NCBI GenBank assembly: GCA_003344405.1
Contig: NOWV01000280.1
Coordinates: forward strand, 1-64,000
DNA length: 64,000 nt
Origin: Trichoplax sp. H2
Lineage: Eukaryota
Direction: 5' to 3'
Positions 1 to 15,200 of the stretch are shown here, piece by piece (within the stretch, counting starts at the first letter, position 1; every line of letters starts with the position of its first letter). The translations under genes and the position numbers were made by a program. The notes beneath the pieces are model-generated. The model was not told the origin of the DNA. It worked only from the letters and a program-made list of their open reading frames with translations, and made no database searches.

Positions 1-718
1 TATAAAGTGGAGGAATTATCTGTTTTTATTTTTTTTACCCTTTATGATAAAGTGTTTGAATATAGGTATTTACCAGTTTGGTCATGAACTTTAAGGAACA
101 AGGGAAATTTGATTACGACAGGGGTACAATTTTTGGTTAGTAGTCCTGTCACGTTCTGTAATAGTTACATAATTAGTATGTTACCTTCTTTCTATATATG
201 GTTAAATATCACGATGTTATTATCACGTCATGCGTATATAGATGTGGTTATGGTACTATATTAAGCTTATCTATATATGTATTCTCATGTTGCCATACTC
301 GGTATGATATCCTATTTGTAATGACTAAACTAGGGAAACCTTTCTGTTGGTGATGATCGTGTGATCTACGTCAGTAGATCAAAGGGACAACTTTAAAAGA
401 GAGGCCAACTACAGATTACGGGCTATAACGTAATATGGACGGACTTTGCACAAGGGTCACTCGTGTAGAAGAGGACAGTGCAACTACGACATTGTGGGCT
501 CGAGAATAGAACAGTAGTCGACATTGCCTTGGACTATTTAATTATCTATATTTGAGTTGTAATATTGAGTAGTCCATGGCAATGTACTGTATTTAGTAGG
601 AGTCCAGTAAAAGGAGATAGACAATAATAGCGAATGCGCGCAAGGGATGGACATTGGACACCTTGTACAAAGAACAATACAGCATTATTGTTCGGAGCCC
701 TGCCTGCTCTGAATTTCA

Positions 719-1090
719 GAGTACTGTACTGTACTCTGTGTACTGTACAGTGTACTGTACACTGTAGGTATCACAATGCCATCAGAGTCCGGAGTGCGCA
801 TGCGGCACATGGAATTACGTATTCCTCAGTTGTACAGTACTGTGCAGATACTGTACTGTAGAGTACATTGAAACTATACTGTAGATCATAAAGGTATTGA
901 ACCGAACTGAACCGTACCGAACCTTTCTCAGGTCGATGTGAAAGCAATTGACTACTTCACTGAATGTATATTATTTTCAATGGACACGCTCATACTAGAC
1001 CATACTCAAGCACAGTAGAGTATGGAGCTGAGAGAGGTGCTACGGATCGTGTCGTATACTCAGTGTACTGTACTGTACTGTACTGTATAC
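719..1090. repeat. Two clusters of degenerate (TACTG/CAGTA)n pentamer runs upstream of the MAP4K start
   Basis: Examples are gtactgtactgtactctgtgtactgtacagtgtactgtac (~720-760) and gtgtactgtactgtactgtactgta (~1063-1087). Confidence 0.8.
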
Positions 1091-1525
1091 CGGTAAGTTG
1101 ATCTGGAAGGAAAGACGAGGCAACTAGACACTAAGCAACTAGAGACGCCAACGACGAGATTTCAGTTCGCCAAGTTGGATTCAAATTGATTGCCCTGGTA
1201 TTGGACTTAAACATCACTATTTCTATCTCAATATTAGGTATAATGAAAGCAGTGGTTATTGGTATAAATGATTGCTAGGAAGCCTAAACTTATATGCTTC
1301 TGTAGCCAACATTGGAAGCATAAACAAAGTAGTTATAGTGCTATCACTCAGCCAGGACTGTTTATTGTTGTCAATGTTTGATGAACTCTTCCATTCGTAT
1401 AAATATTGATGTAGTACAAGGGCAGTTGTACGATTCAATTTTTTCACCATTTCATCAGCAAGAGGTATAAAGTATTTGCTAACAGTTTATTGATTTGATG
1501 TAGTTGAACGTCTAAATTAACTACC

Positions 1526-4500
1526 ATGATGCTTGGAATGAGAGAATTGCAAGAGCAATTCGATATCAAGAAAAAGATTGGCAGTGGCAGTTACGGCGAC
1601 GTCTTTAAAGTAAGGCGATAAAAAATAAGTAACGTCCATGTATATTAATCTTACATTTACTATCGGTGCTATCCATGATCGCTATGGAAAATTTCATAAA
1701 TAAAAATTAGGCTACACATAACGCTATCATAACGCTTTACAAGCTTGACATGAAGGAAATACCTATTCCAATAAATTCGTTTTTATGCCAATTTTTTATT
1801 TATTTCCATTTGATGCCTAAATCAAACCCTAAGCAAACCTTGTTATAATGCAAGCACACGCTCTAGTCAGTTTTCTATCTTGTTTATTATGCCTTGTTAG
1901 GTACGAGTTCGTCAAACGGATCAAATTGCAGCATTGAAAGTGATCAAAATACAAGAAGGTAAGATTGATACAGTGATAGGCAAGTATGAGTCACTCTCTT
2001 GTGAAATCCCCTATTGATGTTTTTAGCTTCCGTCTTTAGTTGATTTGTTTTTTTGTTGATCATACTACTGATAGTTATCAGTAGACCATGGTATGCATGT
2101 TAGCTACAAAAATATCCCAGAATTCTACTATACTGTACTGTACATTGAATTAACAACAAATCCAATCATGATAAATGATAAGCTGAGATTGATACTACAT
2201 TGTTGGTTTCCGATTTAGGCGGTACTGTAGTTTGTAGATATCTTGAAGTGACAGTCAGTGATATCCCTACTCCTAACAAAATGAGCAATTCGTTAATTAT
2301 GGAGAGCAAAATTATCGCTCACGAGAGTTAATTTACGATCGGAATGATCTTCGACTTTACAAAGGATAAAAATGGATTAACTGTTACGTGTACATGTTTG
2401 TATACTCGACATGCGATGACAATACTTAATTCTGTCGACCGTACGTTAATATCATGTCAAGCATTGTGCTGCCAATACAGTACTATGCAGTCCATACTTA
2501 TCCATCATTTGTTTGTACAACTATCTTAAAATTACTCATGCAATTTACTTTTCTATTATTCTTGCTTTTAATTGTAACTCATTTCTATTGATGGATACGA
2601 TAATAAGATGATGATCTCGCCATCATTGAACAAGAAATACAAATACTTCGTGGCTGTGTACATCCCAATATTGTCCAGTATTTCCATAGTGAATTTCGGT
2701 AAGCAAAGCTACGCATTATACATATACGTGTATACTGTAGAGAAATATCTACTATCACCATTAAACAGCAATCCCAAACTTTCCCTTACAATGCATAAAT
2801 TGATCGTTCATGACCAGAACGTAGTACTTAAGTTGACGTAATAATCAATCAATCAATCAATCTAAAGTTGAAATGATAGATTAACACCTGAAAATTATAT
2901 TCTAGTTGATAAAGTAAGAAAGTCTAACTTACTTTATATGCATAACATAGGTATTAACATGTGTAGCGTACGTATATATTAATGTTTTTCCATGACTTCA
3001 ATATTTAAGCCGACAACAGTTGTGGATCACCATGGAATACTGTGGCGGTGGCTCATTACAGGATATTTATAAGCGTAAGACAACTGTAATCTCTTGGGAT
3101 AAATAGGATAGCTGACAATGCACCATAATTGATGTGTATATAGTATTGTTAAATTCAGCTTTTCACTCCAGATGTAGAGTATATTCATTAGCAACAATTA
3201 TGGCTATATCAGGCGTCGCTTATATGTATGGTATTACCTTTCATGTTATATCAATAGGTACCGGCGCTCTAACTGAACAACAAATTGCTTTTGTTTGTCG
3301 AGAATCTTTGCGAGTATGTAATAGAGATGCACTTTTCTAACTAATCTAGCTGTGAAAATAGATTAATTCTTTTCATAATTGTTGAAATTCTATCTTAATA
3401 ATGGAATTATTAAATAGGGATTGGATTATTTGCATCAGCAACAGAAGTTACATCGAGATATAAAGGTTAAACTTAAAAAATTTCGATCACGAAAACGGCA
3501 AGAGCATAATTATAGATATACTGTATCATTACTTTTATTCTAGGGCGCAAATATATTATTAACGGAAGATGGCGACATTAAATTAGGTTATATAGTAGTA
3601 GATTATCATATAACTATGCAATATCATTAATGTTAGAATATTGGATGATATATTAAGCATCATACTGAAGGCTAACTATCCATATCTATATAGCCGATTT
3701 TGGTGTTGCCGCTCAAATAACCAATACATTTCAAAAGAGGCAGACATTTATTGGAACACCTTACTGGTACGTTCAAATTTTTATCGACCAGTTTCAACCT
3801 GCGTTAATTCTATCCACCTCAGTTAACTGGATAATATGATATTAGGCATACAATAATGGATAGAATCGAAATTTTACAGGATTACATTTTGCAAGCGCAA
3901 CCCTCTTAGTATTTCCTTATACTGTATATTAATTACTATTGAAAAGTACTCTTATAATACCGATGATAATATGTAAAATTAAATATGGACAGACTATGGA
4001 TACAAGAATATTTTAAGGTGTGGATGTGTGATATGTATTTTATTTCGTAGGATGGCACCCGAAGTCGCCAATGTTGAACGCGAAGGGGGTTATGATCAAG
4101 CGGTAATGTCGAACATACCAATTTGTAAAATTACAGTTCTACATTGTGGGTGATAATAACCAACCCATCTCCTTATTATTATTGCCAGTGTGATATTTGG
4201 GCTGTCGGCATAACAGCTATCGAGTTAGCACAACTAAAGCCGCCGCTATATGAAATACATCCTATGAAGTAAGAATTTGAATGATTTGAAATGAGTTGAA
4301 ATACTATAGATGATTTTATTTATAATTATTTAATAACAGACAAAACTATGTATTAAACAATTTGTAACTGAAATGAAACACTTCGACATCATTTCCTTGT
4401 CTAGGGCTCTTCTCATCATTGGTAAATCAGATTATAAACCTCCAAAACTGAAGGAAAAGAATTTATGGTAAGTCTTGTCCTCAAGGTACTGCGTAGATCG

Positions 4501-7500
4501 CAAAGATAACGAAATTGAAACACTGTACATGCTACTTTCGTAAATAGGACTGTCAAATTTCACGATTTTATTAAAGAAACTTTAACAAAAGATTATACGA
4601 GACGGCCATCTGCTGGAAAGTTATTGCAGGTGATAAAATAGCTCGAACTTTAAAATATTTAATCATCCCTCTGACCTGACTTTATGCAGCTGGATAGTTT
4701 ATGGTAAGCTATTGAATTATGATTGAATTTTTTAGCACCATTTTGCTGCGCAACCGTTGTCGAAAGAATCAACGAGAGCCTTATTGCATGCATATCATGC
4801 AAAATTACAATTAAAGAAGAAACATAAGGTTAAAGAGGAAAGAATAATTATTAAAATAATAACATTTGCATGATTGGATTACATTTATCTTGTTAAATCC
4901 CTAAACCTTGATGTTGCAATGATGGAATTGACATTAATAGATTCTGATATGGAGATATTTACAGATTAAACCTTGTTTTTCCTTTGGTTTTGGAAACTAG
5001 CATCGTGTAAAATAATATTTATTTCTTTTACAATTAAGGAGATGAAAAGAGTCAAATCGGTGAAGCACCCAAAAGGTAGGATATACTTACAAGTATATCA
5101 TACATATACAGTATATAGTTATAAAAATACTGAGGTTCTACTCAGGTTATTTATTGCAAAATCAGCGAATCTTCGTATCGGATCTCACAATGAAGATAAT
5201 TATAACGTAATTACTTTGCTTTATTCTGTACAGAGGAATATAAAGTTCCGGTTAGACAACCTGAAAAGGTGGAAATCCCTAAGGTATATCACCATATTTC
5301 AATTAAATTTTTGGTTTTATACCTCCTAATTTGTGACATTTTTAATTGCTATAATTTATTTTGATTGAATTAGCCAAGTCGTCCTGCCCCATCGCCTTCA
5401 AATCATGCCGTGAATCCGACACCTGCCATTCCTAATAAGCCTCCGAAATTACCTCCTAAACATGCTGCCATATCTGCTGGTCCAAGTGGAACTCTTGTAG
5501 GTGAATCTGGCGAAAAACCACCGATTCCTCCTCGTGCGCCTACCCAACGGCGTTCAGTTTTGCCTTCTTCAATGCACCCGGAGGTAAATATCTTTAGATT
5601 ATGTAATTACTTCAATCTAGAATGTTTCTCTAATTATGCTGCTATTTAAAATCATAGAATCGTCGGTTAAAAATAAATATCAAAACCCTCTTTTGTGGTT
5701 GTCCTATGCATATCTATGACGTTGCATTTTGGTGTCGCAATGAAGAAGGTAGTAGTTTCGAAAATTCATTATTGAATCGTCATTACTGTAGTTGTTAGAT
5801 GTTTCATCGAACCAATAATTGCTGTTTTACTTCAGATAAATGCATACTTATTGGTACCGATGAGGGTGTATTTCTGATGAGCACTAATGAGAATGAGGTA
5901 AACCGTAATCTTTATTACTGGAAATACTTTGTTACTAATGTTCTTTATATTGATCCAAGTGATCGTATTATATTTTAATCTTATGAAGTAAATTATTTTT
6001 TCTTATTTCGGGATATGAATGCTGTAGCCAACCCATCAACAGTTTTTTCAAATAATCAGAAAAAAGACTGTATGGCTTGCTGTTCATAAAGATACTTTAT
6101 CTGCGCTATCAGGTTAACTCAGATAAGTTTTATATATTTTAATTTGCTGTCGAAAAGATTCATCTTTATGCGAAAGATTTTCTCGAAAAGTTATTTAAAT
6201 TACGTAAAGTAATACTTTTTTCATTACCAATACCCTTTGGATATTTTACAACAACTATATTATATACACGTATATAGGGAATGACAGTTCATCTTTAATG
6301 CTTCGATTTTATAATCTCAACCGGTTATATGAGAGAGTTGAATTTTCGGCTAATATACTTAGCAATTTACCGTAAGGAGATTTAAAAATATGGCTTCTTT
6401 AGTTAAATTTACTTTGTAAGTTATATCAATACTAGATTGTTATTGTAGATTTCTCGATAATGGTAACAAAGTAACTGATACGAAAGGATGTAAGAGGTGT
6501 ACTATGAGTAAGTTCGTTGCATATTTGATACGGCTATAATTTAGAATAGCATAATTTTACTTTCCTGTTATTATTAAATTTGTAAAATGTATCGATCTTT
6601 TTGTAGTAACGCACCCCTTTCACAAGGATCGTACGTACTTATGTGCTCAATTGCCCGAATCGATACTATTAATGCAATATGATGAACATCAAAATACCTT
6701 TAAAGAAATCGAAGTAAGAATACAATGATTTATGACAGCTTCAAATTTTTGGTCCGCACTACCTCATTTTGATAAGATACCTAATCATTCGTTTACGAGT
6801 AGCCCTGCTCAGTTTCTTGCAGTTAAGAAACTGAGCGTCTCATTATACATTGTTTCATTTCAGATTATTAATTTAGATATTTACTTTTGTAGCAATTATA
6901 TAGTCGATTCCTACAAACATTTCAAAACATATATTGAATTTTAGCTCTATTAAACTTCCTTAGTAAGATTCATGAACAATATTCTAAACTCTAATGTTTT
7001 ATTCTGTTATGAACTGAGTGAGTATCTTATTGCTGTTATGTTTCTATTTTACGCTTTATTCAAATTTTATTACACTTCTATTTCATGGATAGCGATTTCC
7101 TTTTAATTTTCCTGGTGATTTGCCCTTATTCGAATTGTTCGCTGCTCAAGAACATGATTATCCGTTTTTGTGCATCGGTGTTAAGCTAAGGTTGGACATT
7201 TTTAGACTTATGTGACATTGTTATTTAGTAAGGAAGGTTATGCCTTTAATTTCATTATCGAATAATTTAAATGGATTAGTGAATACTGAAAATTGATGAT
7301 GTAGAATTAGCAGCGAAATTTTTTCTTTTAGTTCGAAGCAACCAAGCCCGAATATCGAATTTATTACCATTGACCTAAACTTACAATCTATCTGGTATCC
7401 AAATGTCAACTGGTGTAAGCGTAACTTTCAGAATAAATATAAAGTATATCTTTTGAAATCTATCGACAAATCTGTTTAAATTATTAATTATTTTCTTGAT

Positions 7501-8227
7501 CCGTAGCTACTACGATAAAGCCTGTTTGCTGTTACCAGGCTTACAAAAATGCTGTTTTGATTTGCTATAATGGTACAATAATTATAATTGATAGACACCA
7601 ATAGTAGAATTTAAATTTTTATTATCCATGATTTTACAGACTACGTAAGATTAACGCTTCTAATGCATTTGATAAAGGTCAGACCAGGTTTTATAATTTG
7701 GACGGGACATTAAAATCAAGCAATAACATGCCTTCAGTATTAAATTTCTCTGGGAATCCTTTGTTTGTTGGTATGATGGAATAAATGTATGTCAGATAGA
7801 AGAATAGTCAGAGTTATAAAAGATTATTCTTGCTTCTAGTGGAAGATTGTCAAGTCCAAGTAATTATAGGTATCTTGGAAAACGGAATTGAAATTAAACA
7901 ATTTCATGGAGGCAGAGGAGTAAGATGCGTATCTTTATTTTAAATTCTTGAACAATTTAAATTATGCGATGAACATTATTCGTTTATCGTACAACTTTTT
8001 AGGATCATGATCAAATTGTACCAAGTGGGGGTAAAAAATTTCGCTTTTTAGGCTCGAATAGGTAAAACGTTATTTGCGAGGGTGATAAAGTTATATATAA
8101 ATGGTATGTTTGATCAAAGGATAAACTGTTTCTTTTGTTTCTCTTTCTCAGCGCCAGAGTATTTATTGCTGAAATAGAAGGCCACAATGAATACGATCTT
8201 TATGAGATAGTTGTAAAAGTATTATAA
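1526..8227 (+). CDS. STE20/GCK-I family kinase (MAP4K3/MAP4K5-like): N-terminal kinase, Pro-rich linker, C-terminal CNH-like domain; many short exons
   Basis: Exon 1 (1526-1609) reads [28 protein letters not shown]. Spliced GT-AG exons give [85 protein letters not shown] and [20 protein letters not shown] Pro-rich exon lies at ~5375-5583 (PPKLPPK, PPIPPR). CNH-like exons follow ([19 protein letters not shown]). Stop TAA is at 8225-8227. Confidence 0.9.
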
Positions 8228-9398
8228 AATTTACAAAAGATCGATTAGCCAAACTTTCTAGACAAATTTTCTTTCAAAATTTCTTAATTACTAATAATGC
8301 CTACAGTAAATACTGGTTTATACAATTATTTCCTACCTCTAATTGCAGATCTTATGACATGTGGTATAAATCAGCTTTTCGTAATTGAACTCTTTCTACG
8401 AACATCGTTTTTAAATTTAGTGAGGCAATGCATGTGTTGTCATTCGATGGTTTATTTGACCGTTATAATTATTATTCATTCAAAATGCAAATAGGTATTA
8501 TTACCATCCCATTTATTAATTGTTAGATTCTTATTGATTACCAGTATAACTGAGAATGATGATATTTAAAGTCAGTCAAATTTTTATCTAATCAATTATT
8601 TTAAAACGGAGTCGAAATAAAGAGATAATGTTGCTACAGTTATTACTTGATAATTGCTGATAATATATATTCATGTAACAAATATAGAACGATTGTTTAA
8701 AAAGTAATGATACCGTTTCAGAAGGTGGTTAAAAGTAAAAATATATGGAAATAAAGGTAAGTATTGCATGAATATATATGGTATATTAAGGGCTTTGGCA
8801 GCCGTAGTAGGGACTGTGGTATTATAAGAAGCCTTTATTCTGGCTTGTAGGTCTTACTATAGCCAACTAGATCTATTTGATCTTGTTGAATATTTTAATA
8901 ACTAATACAAGTGGAGACGCTGGTAGAGTGTTCAATAGCGAAATGTCAATGGGTAAGATTTTGGCAATATACAGTGTTTGCATTAAGACACTCCCTACGT
9001 TTCTCTAGTTTTGGAAGGCCGCCAACGTCGCATATCTATAAATGGGTGATAGTTATACAGTTTTTGTCTATTCCGTAATTAGCAAAAACATTGTAAACAT
9101 TTACCGATGTCTAGACAAATGAATCAACCATCAATACGACACTATGAAACAATACTCGAAGCTTGCAATCTTTAAAAGCTAATATAACAATCTTCCAATA
9201 CCATAACAGTATAAAATGTACCACTCAATATAGCAGTAAAATCAATATTTCGTAAGATATTACTAACAATCAAGTAGAATGGAAATAATCCTAATGCAGC
9301 CAAGCATTACAGTCACTGATAACATAGCCAATTGCACATAATGAAAGTATAAAAAATTTATCCTCCCATTTTGATGTTCAGAAAACTTAGATCGGATT

Positions 9399-10505
9399 TT
9401 ATTTGGCAGACTCAAAGAGCAAGTCTTCAAAGTAGAATAATAATCCTAAGATCCAAAATGAAAGAATACAACTTGCATGTGATATCATCCATATCAGGCG
9501 AAAACGAGAAATTAACATTTGACGACGTAGCTTGAGTCCATCCCAAATATAGTGGATTGTGCCAGAGCTGATACATAACACGCCCGTAGATGCAAAAACT
9601 ATAAAGATGTAGAAATAATGCTAAAATTGAATCATTACCCTATGAATTAGACATATATCACTTTAAGAACTAGGGAAACTGATTTCCTGTTTGATAAAGA
9701 AAGGTTTAATTGCTATTTATTCATGTCATCGTGATGCAGTGCCAATTTAGCCTACTTTACAAACGAATTATTTATTGATCTTACCAAGAGAAGCTGCTAC
9801 CGCATGAACATGATTGGCGATATCAGAGTTATATAGTGAAAGTGATATTGCGGTAAATAATAAACCGTTTCTACCCCAAGAAAGGTATCCTATCGTAGCA
9901 TAAGCATTTAATAATCTAGCATAATATCTGATGAGGGAAGATTAGCAACATCATTTATTTTTCTAGATCAATAAAATTGAATAATACTCATAACAGTCAT
10001 AATTAAGCAAGCAATGAACTCACCGTTTTCATTTGCCTTTTGTAGTGACTAACCGAGCCATGTTTAATTAAAATTAAAAAATCAAGCAATATTATACGTT
10101 TAGTTAAGGGTTGATAGGGACTAAATACTATAAAACAACGGTATAACAAGAGCAAATTAATCCAAAACTTGTTATCGCTAGTCATTGGCTTACCAATGCT
10201 GCCAGCTTAGTAACATCTAATGATTCTTTATTGATTGATTGTTTATTATCTGGTGATGAAGAAGTAGAATTCATCGTAGGCGCCGCCTTGGTGTCATTAT
10301 TGCTATGGAACGAAGAGCAACTCCTCCATAATACTATTGATGAAAATCGCTGCGGATAGAGGGCCGATGAAAGTGGCAATACTGCTTGATTAGCTCGTAT
10401 TCCTTTCTGACACACTGTTGAAGTATTGAATTCACGTAGATATCGTAAGCTCGAAGTTGGTCGCAGTCTTCGAGCTACATATAGCATGGATATAATCGGC
10501 GGCAT
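9399..10505 (-). CDS. TMEM160: TMEM160-like mitochondrial membrane protein (4 exons)
   Basis: The N-terminus is Arg/Ser-rich and presequence-like (exon ~10193-10505). A 25-nt exon SLQKANEN-G joins to YLSWGRNGLLFTAISLSLY, resembling the TMEM160 motif RKAHETAFLSWFRNGLL as I recall it. The last exon has two hydrophobic segments and ends DLLFESAK* (stop 9399-9401). Confidence 0.72.
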
Positions 10506-12208
10506 AATGATAGCCCAAATCAGAAAGCTACAATCGTTTCAACCCTTTTGAATGAGCAGGAACCAACTTGAAATAGGTATATAAGACTACAGGAAAGATG
10601 TTAGTAGTGGTGCTGCTGTCTTGGCAACCAGTACAATGACGAAATCAAAGCGTATTTCTATATTAGCTTCAATTCCCTTTACTTCGATCGATCAACAAGT
10701 TAAGGCTAGTTGTCGGCTATAAAACGATGGCAGATCGTAGTTGGTAACACCACGACGTTCATGTATACGATTTCAAACAATTTTGCACCTCTTTTTGACT
10801 AGCGTTAACGGTAAACTAATGTGGCTTTGCTATTTGAGCTAGCAGTTATTTATTTATATAAAATAAACACAACTAGTCAGTTGCATTTTTGAAGGTACAG
10901 TATGAACGATCCGGTCTAGTGTAGTGCAGTACCTTATTGTACCAGTCCCTAGGGACGTTACTTTATTCCCTAAGGGCTGCTACAGCCATAAGCTCCAGTA
11001 TTGCTTTGTAGGGTACTGTACTGTACTACCTTACGGCTCACACTACGCACGGTATTGCACCTCTGCACACCAAACCAATCGAGGTTGCATACAGACTACT
11101 ATGGTAGATAGGCTTCCAAGTCGATTGCTCTAAAGATGGATAGATGGAAGGAGCCAAGCAAATTAGTCCGTGGATTTCTAAAATATTTATATATATATAT
11201 ATATTTTTCTATAAAAATGTATTTATGTCTCGTTAAAGTGAGTTGGTAGCGAAATAAAGTATTTTTTATCCCCTAGGGGAGGTGGGCTATTTTTCTGTCG
11301 CTTCTTGTTGCAACCCTCGGTTTGCAACAAGGCTGCATTATTTCAAGTGATTACATTAATCCATAATTTGATATACAGCATTTTTCTACCAGTTATAAAA
11401 TTGAGGTATTACGATATCCATCCTGGTAAAACGAATAAAAACATATATAATTTCACAGGCTTGCCTATCCTTTGAATACAATTTGGAATTATCTTGTACA
11501 GGTAACAAAAGATTTTTATCTTTCTTCAAATTGCCATTGCAGATAACCACAAGTACCGGTATGTAGTCTTTTCAATAGTTAGCTGCAATTTGTAGATTAA
11601 AGGATAAATTTTAGCCTTTGTTGTACAAAATACAACAGTGAATTTACGCTCAGACTAATTTACAACGATTTAAAGCCATTTATTGTTATAGAGTAGAGTG
11701 AGCAAACCACTTTTACAACGAATTTAATGACCAATCTATATTTATTCGTAGGATTGAAAATATAAAATAAATGAACCAGTATTTACAGTTACTTAAGACT
11801 GTTTCATTTTCATCATGATTAGAATTGTATGGAGAGTCAATAGCATACGCCGCGTTTTATTACGATATTTTAATATTCTTAACGGTGTACCCCAACTAAC
11901 TATTATGCATTTAGTTTAAAATATTTACGCTAATAGTTCGAATAATAATGGAAGAAATATATAAATATTAATAAATACCATTGCGTTAAGCACATACTCA
12001 AGTAAATGCTTAAATAATTAAATTATATTGGCACATTATACATTACTGCTCTTATCATCATATCAAATTTTAAATTATTGGAGATAATGCTTCTCCTCTA
12101 CAATCATACGTAGATAGAATTGGTGAGGCGTTAGATGATATGTAATAAATAAGGAAGAATTATAATGTAAAAATTACATAAACTTAAGTCAGCTAATTTA
12201 TGTATTTA

Positions 12209-15200
12209 TCAGAAATGCCTGGCATTGCTTGTAGCTCTAACATAGTCAGGTAAGGATTCTGAAAGTAAATATGTAAAACGATATAGCATCTTTATACAAT
12301 TATCATTACCAACTAACAAAAATTGTTCAATGTTACTCAATTTCATAACTGTTAGTAGTTATCTTACCTCCTGTAGGACTGTGATGAAGTTCCTTTAGGG
12401 CATTTGGATCACGAGTTATTTCATTGAGAGCAGTATTATACGAAGGTGGGGCTACCATACGAGGCCGCTGTGTTGCTATCAAATCATTCAATATTTACAA
12501 TAAATTCCTTTTCAGCAATGCAAGCTCAAAATAGAGATTCTTTATGATACAGTACTCTTTCTATATTTATTTTACAGCTATATGATATTTTAAAAGTTTG
12601 CTAATGTCGCAATCTATGCAACTATATCATGAAATCAAATTCACTCTTAGGTTATGCGACAATAAGCTATATTAGTTGCTATTTAAATATTAGTCTACAT
12701 GTAAATTGTTATTCCGCACAATAGTATAAGAAGAAGCAAAAACAACTTGTCTACAAACCTGACTGCCTAGTTGATTGATTCCGTCTACTAATTGATCTCC
12801 TCGCATTACGAATATAGATTAAGGTTAAAATCACTAATACAAAGAAACTAGCACTAATCAAAACGAAGGGAACCGCCGTTCTCGATTCTGATGGTTTGGT
12901 AGTAGCAACTGTCGCTGTGTATCCCACTGCTGTAGTAAAACAGTGAAAGCCGGACATATTAGCACATAAGGATTAGGGTATTAGAAATCATTGTGTATAA
13001 ATAGTGTAAATTTACCAGAGGTAGTTGTTAATGTCTTTCCTGAACAGGATATCACAGCATCTTCAGAATGATTACAAAAAGTGCTATTCCATGATGATAT
13101 AAGACAATTTTCCAAGCGTTTCTCATTACCAATACAAATAAGAAGGCGAATCCATATCGTTCCAGTACCTTCATTTATTGTTGCTATGAAAATAAATTTC
13201 CAAAATAGTAATAGATTTTATAGACATCGTAAGAAATGAAATGATAATTTCCACATTACTTTAATTCACATTTTCTATCAGAATCTTTAATTAATTTCTT
13301 ACATAACATCTTTCCGGGTTGAGGTAAACCTAATTGGCGACAGATTACTGTTGCTACTCTATCATTCATTAAATCATTGCAAACTGTACCCCATTCGCCT
13401 TCATGATAAACAACAACACGACCAGAGGTACTAGATTCACCAACTAATTTTATGGGTATAGTGTCTGAGATGAAATAAGTAAAAATTTTCATATTAAGAC
13501 ATTTTTATATCATTCGTACCGGTACTTCAAATATATTAACGTTACTAGTCTAATATTTAAAATGTAAAGTAACAATTAATCCAAACGGTACTTTTGTAAG
13601 GATCAACATATGTTAAGGTGTCGGATGAATTTTGACATTTGGTAACATTGCAGTATTGCCATGAAATACTAGAATTGCTTGTATAACACCACGGTGAGTT
13701 ACGAAGGCCAGAAGGATTTCGGCAATAGTTGCTCACAAGGCCATCATTATAATAAGTTGAAGGTTTGAAAGAATGATTATGTGGTGTATTTGAGGACCAT
13801 TGTTGACATAGAATCCCACTACGAGTTATAGAAACGTTGCCTCGATAACTTTGCCCTTTATCCGTATAACAATTAGTTTCTGTAGCAAAAAGTAAATATT
13901 TTAAAATCACAAGATAAAACATCAATGTAAACCAGTAGAGCAGAACACATCTTAGCAAAATATATTTAATATGAACTATTTTATCATATGCCTAAACTTA
14001 TTACAAGGAAAAATTAATGATGATAAGTAATTTAAGTATGAAATATACGAAGATTCAGGTCACTAATATTTTACCGATTGGATATATTTCGAGATCATCT
14101 AATGCTATAAGAATGTTCTTAGCGTTGGTGATGCTTCGAATGATTATCTATTGCATTTAGTTGGTAGATTAGTTTATGGTGTTGTGATCTGTTAACTAAA
14201 AAAGTAATCGAAACAATCCTACTTGGTAGTACGGATATAAGGGAAGAAAGGTGAAATCTTCCTGATACCATTGATGGCTATGGTTTTTAAATATGCTTTC
14301 ACGTAAACGATGCTGAGTAAGATTATATCTTGGATAGATAGCATAGATTTGCAGAATACTGATGTCAGTGTTATAGGCAAACTTTACCTACATAAACATG
14401 AAAAATGTTGAGTTTGAAAACAAAATTAATTCGCGATCAAACTATCAAACTTAAGCTTGCGTCTGTATAACGCACACTAATCGTATCTAAAAATGGTAGC
14501 ATTTAAATATAAACGTAAGATAGAAGTTCAACGTAAATTAGTCAATAGACACGATAACAAAAAAGTATTATATAATATTATTTAATTAGATGTAGCTAAT
14601 ATAATTTATTTAATAAAAATGATTTCTAGTCAATAGTAGTGTTTTGAATTGTGATGAATTCATGCGTACTACACCGTTGTAAAGATATTGCTGTAAAGAT
14701 ATTGAGCGAGAAAGACTGACAAAATAGAAAGCACACTTTAGTAATTAGTAAACTTTTCCTTAACCCATTAATATGCTGTATTTCCGGTATTATTTTAAAT
14801 TTCTATTTTAATACTGTAACCAAATAATAGAAGCCATACTTGCACGATATGATATATGGTCTATGATTGTATGTTAATTGTTAAGAATAATGTTTTCAAT
14901 TTTTCGTACTAGTTTTATGTTCAATTGATATATTACTAACTTTAACATATTGTAGCTGCTTTGGAAGAAGCATTGGTGGACTGATTAAATCAGCGAAATA
15001 ATTAGGCTTTAAGGAATTTCGAAAATTAGCTATTAAGTAATAACCAGATTCTGTAGAAAAAAACAATAGATAAATCGAAGGATTAAAAATCAGCATTAAA
15101 TGGTCTCTATCGTCCATTTTTCTGAGAAGTGTTTTATTAGAAATATATTCAGTGGGCAATGTAAGTGAATATTTTGGTGATTAATTAAATATTAGATTGG

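Noticed and set aside
60..600. Start of a divergent minus-strand gene upstream of MAP4K
   Set aside because: The region is GC-richer with donor-like sites, but no continuous recognisable frame lies inside the window.
8940..9290. Extra minus-strand exons or a UGA read-through gene downstream of TMEM160
   Set aside because: Splice-like signals exist, but all frames hit stops and no family or SECIS is recognisable.
11304..11331. Perfect 10-bp hairpin as a Helitron end or terminator
   Set aside because: It is single-copy in the window and lacks a CTRR terminus at the expected spacing, so no function can be assigned.
12070..12215. U12-type AT-AC intron extending paralog A
   Set aside because: A branch-like TTCCTTAT...AC is present, but there is no ATATCCTT donor.
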